A stretch of DNA of 64,000 nt from Bugula neritina (lineage: Eukaryota > Animalia > Bryozoa). The number at the start of each line of letters is the position of its first letter. Within the stretch, counting starts at the first letter, position 1. Under the pieces are notes generated by a model. That model saw only the letters and a program-made list of their open reading frames with translations. It was not told the origin of the DNA and ran no database searches. The stretch covers positions 15,161,289 to 15,225,288 of the forward strand of contig OZ037771.1 of the NCBI GenBank assembly GCA_964035545.1, read 5' to 3'. A program made the translations under genes and the position numbers. Below, one piece after another: positions 1 through 13,700 of this stretch.

Positions 1-1159
1 ACTGTTACTGCTACTGCTACTGCTACTGAGTAATAAAATGCTTCAATATATTACCTTTGAACAACAAGAGCTTTTAAACTGTTCCTCCAGAGCAATGCTC
101 TCTCACTCGCTGGATTCATTGCTGTGTTTACAAGATATGAAGACTACTTTAAACTTCTAATAGAGATCCAAGTAGAAACTACTGCACTCTACTCTTGAGT
201 CACTGTTAGATTTGGAGTACAACAATCAAATGGTCCCAGTTTATAGAGAATGTGCAGAGTGAGTTATTAGTTGCAACTTGCTAACATGTGTAATTATCTT
301 GTTTGTATAATTATTGGAAATTGCTCTAAAATGAAATGTCAAAAAACTTATTAAGTTACAAAGTTGATTATCATAGCATCAGTGACAGCTGTTCACCAAT
401 CATAGCTTTAGATTAGTTTCCATACTTGTATCAACTTGGCTTAAGTGTATAGAATATAATAAATATAAATTAATTGGTGTATTTAATGCACTTAGTCTTG
501 ATGATATGCCATCTGTTGTTTTGAAAAGTATCTTCTTTACTGGTTTGAATTGAAAGATTTATTTTTCTATTTCGTGGAAAATCTCTATTTCCAGCATTAT
601 ATTTTGTATATATCATATATAAAGAATAAGTTATTAGAAAAATATATAATTTTATAATTGAAAATATTAAGTACTATATTCTCTTTATCATCAATTGATT
701 TATAACATATCTACACTGTGATTTGCTGACAAAAACAAAATTATAACAAACTATTTAAAATCTGTTTGCACTTTCTATATTTTATAATAAATTGTAGGTT
801 TCTAAAATTACTTTAAAAATTGAAATGATGTCACAAAACAGTGTTTTCAGCTTAACAAAGCCAGTACCTAAGAGGTCAAATGTATTACCCAATCACTGTT
901 CAGCTATTGTTTCATGGAAACCTACTACCCACTAGAAGTGCTATGTAATAAGAAGATTTTGTCAAAATTTTAACTTCTGAAGTTAAATTGGAAATAATTA
1001 TGTTATCTACAGACGTATATCAATATTATCTACAGACATATAGTGTATAGTATCCACAGATATCTAGTGGTATTGTCAACGGATATATACAGTAGTATTG
1101 TCAACAGATATATCGTGATTTAAACTCTGGTGACATCACTCCAACACTTCATGTATCAA

Positions 1160-1705
1160 GGGTCATAGTCAGCATGCACTAGGGGTCACAGTCAGCATGC
1201 ACTAGGGGTCATAGTCAGCATGCACTAGGGGTCATAGTCAGCATGCACTAGGGGTCATAGTCAGCATGCACTAGGGGTCATAGTCAGCATGCACTAGGGG
1301 TCAAGGTCAGCATACACTAGGGGTCAAGGTCAGCATACACTAGGGGTCAAGGTCAGCATACACTAGGGGTCACAGTCAGCATGCACTAGGGGTCATAGTC
1401 AGCATGCACTAGGGGTCATAGTCAGCATGCACTAGGGGTCATAGTCAGCATGCACTAGGGGTCAAGGTCAGCATACACTAGGGGTCAAGGTCAGCATACA
1501 CTAGGGGTCAAGGTCAGCATACACTAGGGGTCATAGTCAGCATGCACTAGGGGTCATAGTCAGCATGCACTAGGGGTCACAGTCAGCATGCACTAGGGGT
1601 CATAGTCAGCATGCACTAGGGGTCATAGTCAGCATGCACTAGGGGTCATAGTCAGCATGCACTAGGGGTCATAGTCAGCATGCACTAGGGGTCAAGGTCA
1701 GCATG
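1160..1705. repeat. 23-bp minisatellite (GGGTCATAGTCAGCATGCACTAG), about 23 copies, in the astacin 3' UTR
   Basis: Direct tandem periodicity. The unit includes the gene's final TGC TGA (Cys-stop) on the minus strand. Confidence 0.95.
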
Positions 1706-4700
1706 AGCCTGAAGTGATTGATATGTCATCTAAAGCTATATCTCCTGCATAACGTAAGTTTGAGTTGTCCAGTTTTGCTTCAAATTCAATCTGAAATATC
1801 AGAAAAGCTACTAGAGGCAAGAGTTAACTATAAACAATTCATGTATATAATAAAGTAAAAATAGTAAATTGAAATTTATAAGTTAGTGTCTGTTGCCTAG
1901 GTAACTAAGTGTTGCGTCAAAATGTATATTTTATTTGTTTGGTCAACAGCTTTCTGCTGACAAAAAGCAACTTATCAAGATGAATACATTCACAGGTTCT
2001 TGACATACTATTATGATAAACTTGTTTCAAAACAATAAATTTTGAATTTCTAAAGCTAAGACAGGCTCATTTGGTGCAGCAAGAAGATATGAATTTACAC
2101 AAATCAATATTATTTTAGCTAATATGTCGTAAATTTTCTGGTAATTCTAAACTCATATCAAATACTCAAGAAGTAGACCGGCAAACCCTGATGCCGAATA
2201 ATATTAATTTTAGAAAATTAATAAAATATTTTAGTCAAATAAACATTACAGCAGAGCAGTAAATAGACGACATGGCTCACCTTGTAAGGAGTCGAGTCGT
2301 TAGCTAGTCGGGATTGGAAGGACCTCCATTGGCTTGATTGTTCTCCAGATTTGGTAAGAAGTCTGCGTCTTTCATTATTGGAGTATCTCTGGTAGATGTT
2401 CAGCGTACCAACTCCTAATCCTTTCATATGGTACATGAGCTTCAAGCACACCTCTCCAGCTGTTAAAATGTCAATGTGGAGACAAGTGCATAAACTTATC
2501 TTTTGGTTAGGATTGACTGAAATAACTCAGACCTGATACAAAACTCAATTCTAAATCAAATTAAATCAAGTAAAGCACTTCTTTGATAGCTGCAAAAGCT
2601 GATTGCACTGTTCATGATTATTATTAAATATACATAAGATGATATTTCACTTACAGCTAGCTGGAATAATTTGAGTCTCTAGTTTAGCATTTTGTAGAGG
2701 TTGTCTAGACGATGCTTCAATGTAGAGGTACTTGTTGCCTGAGGCAGCTTCATCTGGACCGGTGCCAGCTGTGGGTGTCTCTCCCCAACCAATACTCCAG
2801 TCAAAGTCATCGCTAGCAGATTGTCTAAACTGCGGACAAAGATATCCTTCCTCAAAGTCACAGGAGATATCTAAAAGGGAAACTACTTTACCTAGCGGAC
2901 ACGGGAATACCTGACTAATAGTAGTAGTGCTAAGGCTATGAAGGTAGAAATTATACAAATTGTGCTAACACATCAAGTAGCTAAAAACCTTTCACATATG
3001 ACATAAATTTGAAGTGAATCAACTTTAAGTAGAGCGGGTGACTTTCAATAATGCAGACAACAACTTTGACTAACGTTACCTCAGCAAAAAATGAAATGCA
3101 TTAAGGTTTGTGTCACTTGAAATTATTTAGACCTGGTAGGACTTATACACAGCTATTTGGTAACAGTTGCAGTATATTATATTGTGGTGTTGATAAAAAG
3201 CTCTGTAGTGTTGAGTTTCCCCAATAGTCCCGTGGTGTAGTGGTTAGCGCGCCTGCTTGCAAGCCGGATGTTTGGGGCTTGAATCCCAGTGAGAGCAAAA
3301 GTTTTATAAACTCACCTATATCAGTGGAGATTTGCGTTGTAGATGGAAGCTGATATTGGCACTCGTTACGTAATATCTTTATGTCATCAATAGCAATATC
3401 CCCTTTATAGTTGGGGCCTGTAACTGTCCTCAACACAATCTAAACGCTCATAAGAATACATGCAAACTTTATAAAAGAGTTTAACAATTTACGTAAAAAA
3501 TTTACAGTAAATGCAGCATCAACAAAAGGTTTTTTAAAACTATGAATTTTCTGTTTTGTTACAATATATTTTGGTTTTGGCATTAATTTTGATTTTCTTC
3601 TCTGAAATCATGCAGTTTTATTCTGTAAAAGGCTGTTAGTAAAAATGCTGGTTTATACCTGATAGAAATGATCTTCCATCTCCACATCTATTTCAGCAAG
3701 CTTCCACTCTGGACCTTGGTTACCATTCTTCTCCCAGACTTCCCTAAGAGGTCCTTGCTCCTGCTTCAGCCCAACTGCGAGGGTCCCCACTCCGTCTCCG
3801 TACATCGAGTAGTGAAATCTTATGCAAGCTTTGTTGTCTATAGAAATGTGAATTGCGTTAGTTTGCAAGTTGCATAGTTGCAGTTTCTACAGAGTAAATC
3901 GAGAGCTACTGATATACGTACCGCTGTTATAGAGCAAATGTGTTGTGAGGAAATTAGCTTCGTTTTCCCTCCTATCGCTGGCCTCAGTGTATATGTAATA
4001 CCTGCCCTGATAGGCTGAGTTTGGACCAGTGTTAGAAGACGGTGTTCCAGTCTACAAGTAAACACAACTCCTAATTTGCTTTATTCAATACGATACATTG
4101 TATGTTATTTAAGTATGATAAAATCACGCAACACATGGCATTACGCAATGCTATAAACTTGCTTTTTACTTTAAATAGGTTTCTAGTAGGCATTTCTAAA
4201 AGATTTTTGCCTTGCAACTTCTTTAGGTCAAGCTTTTCTTGTCAGCATTACACTCTCTCCAGAGCCACAGTCAGTATACTCAAAGCAAAGATCTAAGCAC
4301 TTTACATGCTCAAATCTTATCATTCCTAATACAAATACTAAAGTCCATTGCTAAAGGTGTAAATTATAAATGGTAGATTGTTGGAAATATACATGTACGC
4401 AGCAAGAGACGTAAACTTGGAAAACAATAGCAGCAAATAGTATCATGATATCATATCAATAGCAACATGTGTCACAGATATACCAACAAATAGTGTCAGG
4501 CAGATGTACCCACATTTGTTCTGAGCCACTGGTTGTTGTGTTCACTGGGCAAGTTGATGAAGTCATTGGGACACTCGCTCTCTTCAAAGTCGCACTCGGC
4601 AAGTACAGTTCCTGATTGGCCGATCTTCCTCAAAATTGTTACTGTGAAAGAACATTAAATGAGTAAATTACTAGAAGAGTCTTCAGCGAATTTGTGTAGA

Positions 4701-7700
4701 CTCAATGAGCAAAGTACTTTTGGTGGATCTTCTGGAGAATTATTCAATCAGTCACCAGTGTAATCATCAATATGAATATTGTGAGACTAATGGACTAGAG
4801 ATAGCCGAGTTTTAACTTACTGGGACCTCGAGGTGATGAAGTAGTGGAGCTAGCTGAGGGTCTAGCAGATAGTCTGGCTGAGAGAGATGCTGGAACGCGT
4901 CTCGCAACATTTCTAAATGAGGTTTGAGTTGAGGAAGGTCTGGTAGAGGGAGTACTTGCTACTAATGGCGAAGTGGATGTTTGGTTTGTGATACTTCTAC
5001 AACGCCCTCTACTTATCTGTAAAATGTTGCGAAGAAAAATATTTTAATTAAACCATTTTGAAATTTATTCACAAAACATGAAACACGCTATTCTTAGAAT
5101 TTACTAAAACGCTGCAGACGACAGAGTGCACAGATGTTCTGACGCAATGCAAAATATCCCAATCTTGTATCCTCATGACTTCAATCAATCTGAGATCTAT
5201 AGCACAAACTATGTGATTGTGATTAATTTAAAGCAATCAGAATTGCAAAAGTCACACAAAGCATCTCTCTTCAGTAGAACAAAGCTATCTATAATTCCCA
5301 CAATGCATCAACATCCTAAAGGCATCTAGTGCAATATTTCAGTAGCCTCAGCACCTTGATTTTGTCAACCGCGATGTCGGACTGGTGTCTCTCTCCCGAG
5401 ACAGCCTCAATCACCACTCTTGTGCTGCCTGAGGCTTGGATTGTGACTCGAGCCACTCGCCACTCGTCTATGCTGGCCGACTGACTGCCCGTCAGGGTGA
5501 GTAGCGGCGAACTTTCACCTCCTCGAGATTCAGTCTTCACTCTCAGCTCCCCCACCTCAGGTCCATACATGTGATAGAAGAACTCCACACAGAGCTTGCC
5601 TACATATAAGTTTGTCAGGTTGATATTGAAATATGCAAAGATAATCTACAGCTTTTAAATATCAAGTACTACAACTTCCTAAAATGGTTTAAAAAAATGT
5701 TTTTCATAGTAAGGATACTAGTTTTTATTTTTTTTTATCGTTTATTGGAGCTTCATAGTTGTTGAACTGCTTTTGTAAAAATTAGCTGTTTTCCCATGCT
5801 ATATTACTACTAGCTTATAGCACCATGCTATATTACTACCAGGTTATAACACCATGCTATATTACTACCAGGTTATAACCCCGTGATATATTATTACCAG
5901 GTTATAACACCATGATAATAGAGTAGGTATATTCACCACTGGTGTTGAGAGTTGGAGATACTAGCTTAGCTGTGCGGCCTACACCAGCCTGACTGTTTGA
6001 AGAATCAGCTAACATGTAAGAGCCGGCACCACCGGCTCCCGTGATTGGTCCAGTTCTTCTTAGTCCATCTGCAACTCCGTACTGATCGGACCAATCATAG
6101 TCTCCTGCAGCATCATTGGTCCAACCGCAATTATCTCCCTCAAAGTCGCACGTAAAGCCGTTCACATCTACAAATAGCAACCATCAAGAGAATAGATACT
6201 AAGCAATATCATGCGTCAGTCAAAAACATTAGCTAGCCTGTGTTTCTTACTCTTACTCCTTACTGATAGGGTTGAAGCACACTTTCCGTAATTGAATGAT
6301 GGAAATATATTGCTGGTTAATAACGATGATCAAATATCCCTTTTCATTGAATTCTGTAATAGCTTATTCACACGATCAACGAATTGGACGAATAGCGGAC
6401 CAAAATGGCACGACGAATACAAATTTTGCTAGTTTTGGATCACGTGATCGGACAGTTGCGTCAATTGCGCCAAACTAGCGTTCTTTGATTGGTCTGACAG
6501 CAGAAAAGTGTGTTCGTTTTGGATCACGTGATCGACTTTTCACAGTTTCGTTGGAACCTGACCCAGCTAGGTTTCAGCTGACGAATTTTTTCTGATTGCA
6601 CTCCATTGGCTTATTTCAAAAAGCAAAAAGCGCGGGCATAATTCACATGGCAAACATTGCGGCATTGTAACTAAATTAAATAATCAATATTTTGTAATAT
6701 TAATAATAACAAATATTAATTAATTAAAATGAGCAAATTTGTAGGAAGCATATTATTTTGCTAGTCAGCAGCATCTTAAAATTATTTCAAGCAGTTTTCA
6801 TGACGGAAGTACGTTTTTTGTAGAAATTATCATAGCTTGACCAGCTGCATGCTCTTTGTGATCCTGAATACAAAGATGCACGTAAGCAACTGAGTCGATG
6901 TGCACAATGAGTAGCAGTGACTTGAAAAAAGTTAAAATGTAGTTAAATTGAAACTGATGCAACTGAATCATTTCACCTAAAGTAGACACTACCAACTTCT
7001 ATTTTATTTTATAATTGTTCCAACTGAAACATCTTAGTTATAGTTCTTTCATAGAAAAACTACTATAAAACAGGTCATTTTAATTTTTTATTTTGCAACA
7101 ATAAAAAATATAAGTAGAATGAGTAATGAAAGGCTACGAAAAAAATAAGTAATCAGTTTGAGTTTGATATAAAAGCACGACCAGGGCATTGCAGTTTTAC
7201 GTGTCATTTTCATTTCCTTTTCACAGTCCAACTGTTGTTAAACATAAATCTACTAAATCTTTAGCTTTTGTTTAGCTAATAAATTTGTCATAATTTAACT
7301 GTTTCATATTTAATTATAATTATTTTATTAACGCAAAATTTTTACTTAGTTATCGCTAAATTTAACTAGTCACAACTTTACTAGTAAAAGCACTGTTGCT
7401 AAGCAACTATACACTACTATTGCAGCTGGCGCGACAAAGAGGTGCGATGATTGTTAGTTGGGCATTCGTCGGACCCAACGAACCAAAAAACGTCGTGTGT
7501 GAATAAGCTATAAGAGAAGGCAAGTTTAATAAACAGTTTGTCGTGTTACTGGGCTTTGTTTGGATGACTCACCGTAGTCTGAGCAGGTCTGGCCCGTCCA
7601 GCCTTTGGGGCACAGACAGTAAAAGGTTCCTCTATGGGGCACGACACACACGCCCCCGTAAGCGCTGCATGGATCGTTAGCGCATGGATCTCCGGTACAA

Positions 7701-10700
7701 CTATGAGGCTCAATACTGATATCATCTATAGCTATCAATGAGTTGTATGGGTAGAGGTCACTGGTTCGTATGATAAACACAACCTGAAATATCAGCAATC
7801 AAATGACATTCCAGCAACAAACTTTAAAATATACGAAAGAATATAAAATATAAGCAGCTTGTTTATTACATTTGATTTTTATTGAAATTTGACTTTTAGT
7901 ATGACTGGTTGTCAGAGAAAATTTATTTCAACAGGAAGCTCAATAATTTCAAGTCACCATTTAAGATTATTTTATGTTTACTTTAGTTAGAATCATTCGA
8001 GCTGATACCTGGAAGGTGACTGAATTTTCAATTTCAACCTGAGCATTCTTCCATCCCGGAGTTTGATCTCCTTTCCTCTCAAAGACCGTATCTAAGATGC
8101 TACCTCGAGAGTTGAGGGTGGACACTGCTAGCACCCCTCTGGTTTGGTACGCCCCACTCATGTGGTATGCAAACCTTAGACACCTCTTTCTGACCTCTAC
8201 AATAGCAAGTATCAAGTGTGTGTAAGGAGTATAAATATAATTAAAGGTATATAAGTAATGATCATATAAAATATGGGTAGATTTGTAATTTGACATTTCA
8301 TATCTATAACACAAAATTAAAGATCCTTTTGTCAAACTATAGTGATTAATGCTTCACTTAGCAGTTTTAATTTTTGCCTTTTCTTCTATTTATGATCCGC
8401 TATAAAACTTAACCAGCGGCCAATAGTATAAATTGCTTTGTAAAATAAACTAAGTGGACTCACTAGAAGAGCTGAACATAGGTGAGACAAGTCTTGCCTC
8501 GTCCCTTAAACTAGTCTGGAACTCTGCAGGTGCAGCTATAAAGAATCTGTTGGAGTTGTGGTCTCTCTGCACACTCTGCAGAATGAAAAGAATGACGCTG
8601 AGTTTCCATTACCTCGCATTATGCAAATGAGTTCTTGTTCAGATAATGTTGTGGTTGCAGTTTGCATGAACTGATGGTTGTGGTTTCATCTAATGCAACT
8701 GTTTCCAAACATCAAATTAGAAATTCATTTGAAGCTTGGAAACTTAGTGTGAAAAACTCTTTGACACAGCTTGACACAGTGTGACACACTTTGACACATT
8801 GTGACACTGTGTGACAGAGTCTGACACAGTGTGACATGACACGAAAAGTCTAAATATACCATACTTCTAGGTAACCAAATAACTATAAATAAATGTCAGT
8901 TGTTTTCTCATTTCGAACCAAAGTTTTTGCCTGAGAGAATCCTAGCCTCACCTCCATATACTTGGTGGAAACGAACATTCTTCTCATGTCCAGCTGGTCA
9001 TCTTCGCTGTTCCTGAATGTGCACATGTCATCGGCAAAGTCACAGTTGACTGCTGCGTCGTCTGCAAGTTCACATCTACTTCCTGTATAGCCAATCTGAC
9101 ATGTGCAGGTGTATGCTGTGGGAGAGGAAGACAAGCAGGTGCCCCCATTGCTGCATGGGTTCGACAGGCAGCCATCTGTAAATGTATTGGCAGCATTAGC
9201 ATAAACTTTCACAGTTTTTACAGTGAAAGCTAAAATCTATAGTTGTTAACTTAAAATCTGTGCAATTTAGTTTGATTTTGAAATAAACTTGATTGACACT
9301 TGAAGCTATAATAGCCTGGAGCTGGCAAAGTGAACTTTTACATGCGAACAGTGTTTAGATTAAAAAGTGGCCATATCACCTTTGAATGCCTTTAGAGTAG
9401 CTGTAAAGCCTTTCCTGGTAGCCACAGACCCGTTCCTCGCATCAAACACTATCATCATTTGGTGATTCTGGTGGTCCAGTCGAGTGTTGAATGGTCCAAG
9501 CACTCCGTTACCACATAATCTAAACAAGGCATAGGTTAGAGTATAAGTAGTAGCTGTAGTTCTGAGATCAAAAGCCTTCTGTCCTCATGACTGGCAGTGG
9601 GGTATTCTAGATGCTTAAAAAAATGTGGCTGAAAAAAATATTTTTACCAAAAAACAACTTTTAAATAAGTAAATCTGGTAATTGACAATCACCGAATAAA
9701 ATATAACAGAAAAGTCTAATCCTCAGACCCAGATTACACTCACATGTCGCCTCTTTGGGCCAAAAGGTTGTTTCTGATTTCTACCCAATGCGGACACAAA
9801 TTTCTCAAGCTTGCTACTTGCAAGTCATCAAACGTGACCTGCACCAAGTAGCCCGGAGGTGCGGTTATCAGCCATATGCACTTCTCATTGTCGTAGTTCT
9901 CGGGGTAGTTGGGAGTCGTGATTGTTCTTGGCTCACCCGGTGACAAGGTTATTTCCTCTCCACAACCTGAAAATATTCATTCCACAATAACACAACTTGC
10001 TTCTTTGTATTACATTTAATGGACGTCACGTCGTGTGGTGTCACATGACTATACTCACGGCTGTCGACTCTCTCACACCTGCTGCCTGCCAGACCCTCGG
10101 GACAAACACACCGACATCTCCCTCCCTTGAAGATTGGGTACCCTTCATTCAAACAGTTGTTCACACAGTTGCCTTGGCAGTATTCCTTGTTGACGGCCAT
10201 TATGTCATAGAAGCTCAGGGCAGCTCGCTGTCCCAGCAGCACGTCCTTCTTTGGGTTCTTTGCTGTGATTGTTGGCTTGTTTAGGTACAGTGCGAACGAC
10301 TACAATATCATGAGATATAAAAATGGTGATTAAAAGAAGTACTCCTGTATTGTGATTTATGATTTAATGATTGAATAGAATTTTATGGTTAGTGCACTAG
10401 TTTGGAAAAGTAACTCTATGATTAGCATACTAAATCAGGACAGATAACTCCATACATGGTTAGAATACATATTAGGAAAAGATGACTCAAAGAGTAGTAC
10501 ACTAGTTGGGGAAGGATAACTCTACAGTTAGTATATATGACTTAGAGAAGATAACTGTATGATTAGTACACTAGTTGGGGAAGGAGATTCAATGAATAGC
10601 ATATTTGCTGAGCGTAGAAAAATCTATGAATAACCTACTAGTTAGAGAAAGATAACTCTATGGTTAGCACACAGGGGGAAATAACTCTACAGTTAGTACA

Positions 10701-13700
10701 TGACTTAGAGAAGATAACTGTATGGTTAGCATACTAGTTGAGGAAAGATAACTCTATGAATAGTACACTAATTGAGGAAAAATAACTCTGTAGTTACCAC
10801 TCTAGTGAGAGAAAGACAACTGTGCATGCAATTAGTAAACCTATCAACGTAACTGAAACTCTCTAAGCTTGGACGAAGAGAAACCTCACCCTGGGACTGT
10901 AGTGCATGATACTGTTGAGGTCATAACGCACACCCTCAGGTATTTTGGCGTCGTAGTAGGTCTGGAAGTTGTGGATGCTGGCTCTGTTTATCTTATCAAC
11001 GTGAATCCGGATGTGGTCATCTCGATCTGGACGGGATTGTTCATGTATTAGTCCGAGCGCATGGCCCAGCTCGTGGGCGACTGTGCCAGTCTGTAAATAG
11101 ACAATAGCCCTAGTTTACTATAGTTGAGTCTCTTTTGATTGGACGTTTCAGTTTTTATATAGATTTTTAGTGTATCTAAAAAGTTGTGCAGGGTTTGTAA
11201 ATTCCTTTTGCTTACAAAGCGTGTTACAAAATAAAAAATAGGTGAAACAAGTTTTATTCTGCAATTTACTAGATATTCCCTGTTTGAATTATACTAAATT
11301 TTTCACCTAAACTTTCTCAGATATTTTAATATTTCCCTAGAAAGTGGAGCTGTTTTCTAAAAGACCAAATATTTAGTGGTATCGTTTCAAATATCAGCTG
11401 CGAAATGAACATAAACTGCTAGTAGTACAATAAGAATTTGTAGAGAAAATAAAGAAATAGAGAGGGGATGACCTACATATTTTTAAGTACATGTGAGTAA
11501 AGTTTACCTACCAAAAGCAGTATGACCTATTTGTAAGTACAAGTTTATACCTACCCTACTTCCCATTAGTTTAACCTACTCCACTCTAGTCTATACCTTT
11601 TATCTCGTGACATGTTTAAAAAAACGACAAAGTAAAGATATACTGCAGAAAAAACTTACTGCTGTGAAGCAGGTACCTTGACCTAACTTTAGAAGTTGCT
11701 TCCCTCCTGAATTCTTTATGTTGGGCTGGTAGCCAACGTACGAGCTACATCTAAAAAAGACAATCAATTCATATGACAATGTTTCTCGCAACTGCATTTA
11801 ATACAGTTTACTGACAACCTATACATGAAAGTCAAAGCTTTCAATAAAGGTATTTTTAGTATTGCTATATCTCTTTGTACTCTTAGTTTAAGCCTCCTAG
11901 CTTCAGTAGGTTTTTACTTTAAACAAGTTGTTTTATAACAGTAGCTGTTTTAGATTCGACCCTCTATGCTCCAAGGCTATGCACTAAGGCAATGCACTAA
12001 GACTATGCTCTAAGACTATGCTCTTCACCGATATTCTTAGGCTATGCTTTGTCTGCCATGTTGTCTTTACATGTAATAATTATGCATTACCTTTTTGTTC
12101 ATTTGTAAGATTTTATAAGCGAAAGTATTGTAAGGTTTTTTCATCACAACACACAAAGCCCAAGACTGGGTAAGCTAATAAGACATTATATATGACTGCA
12201 TTGTTTTTATGTCATGTTTCCAGAGTTGAAATACCCCTGTGCCATTATGTAGTCCCTGTTACAATGCCCCCTGCCATATACACCTGCTTCTTAATAAACG
12301 TCTGCAAGGAGCGATTGAATGTCATATCCTGATACGGAGTAATAGATGTAACTGATATTTTGTTTATAGACTAAGTGCACACAACTTCTTCTCACTCTAG
12401 AACATAGCTTTTCTACGACTACTGCAAACATTGTATAACACAGTGATACTCCTGTATAAGGTATATTACTCTAATACTTAGGATAGCGAGCTATATGGAT
12501 TGTGTTAGCTGGTGTAACTAAAGTTAGATATCTGTCAGATATTTACTCTGTTGTAGTGTCATACTACACTGTGTATTAGCTAATCACCCATGTATAATCG
12601 TGTCACCTATCATCCGTGATCTACACTTCCATCACTTGTTACAGTTCATAACACATTGTCATCTGGGAAGACTATACAATACACTGGGTTTCGATCATCA
12701 CAAATATGTTGCTTGTTATTTCCTACCAGCTTAGAGTGATATTGAAGCGGGTGTGAGGTAACGCCCCATCTCTACTGTGATTTTAGGAGCTCAGCTATTT
12801 AGTTTTATAGCAGCACTTAGTGTGTGTATGAGAAATGACTTTTTTCAAATGAATTGCAAAGAAAATTATTTGCCATTATTCTGCAACCCTTATTGTAAAG
12901 ATGTTTTTTACCATAAAGGAAAAAAATAACCAACTAGAATGTCTCCAGACAAAGCTTTCACATCTAAATTTAAGTTTACATTGCTTACACAGCATATATC
13001 ACGTAAAGATAGCACAAGTATAATAGCCTATATAAGAAATGGTACTGCAAAGTAATATTAAGGAATTATATGTTACAATGCTAATATATACACAATGTTA
13101 TAATAACATATCATTATGGTATAATAAATTATTGGAGTTATATAATTTCAAACTATAACAGGTTTTCAAATTACATAATATATACTTATACAAAGTAATA
13201 TATAAGTGTGTTTAGGATATCACATACCCTGGTATGTTGCTTATAGACAATACAATAGGGTCAGACGATTTCTCAACAAATCTGATGCAAGTAGCTGCCG
13301 TCCACCACTGCATAGCCTCTCGAACTGTCCTTTTGTATGTATCTGCATGCGTAGATAATTTTATGCAGGCAAAAGTTGTAAGAACATTAAATGCAATACT
13401 GGGTATACTAGATGATTTAGTGACAGTACTAGTTACTAATAGCAGTAAATACTATAGTAAGTACTTATGAGTATCAGTGAGTACTAGTGAATACTACTGA
13501 TTATCAGTGAGTAGTGAGTAGTGAGTAGTGAGTAGTGAGTAGTGAGTAGAGAGTAGAGAGTAGTATAGCAAGTATTAATGAATCAACTGTTATAATAAAG
13601 TGGATTTTTTTGGTGCAATAAAACTGTTCTACTTTGCTGCAACTCAACACAACACATCAAAAAAGCCTCTTTTCTGCTCTATATGTAGTCAAGTTGTACT

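Noticed and set aside
1-250. Possible end of a plus-strand coding exon
   Set aside because: Only a short (CTACTG)n run and no recognisable protein; context lies outside the window.
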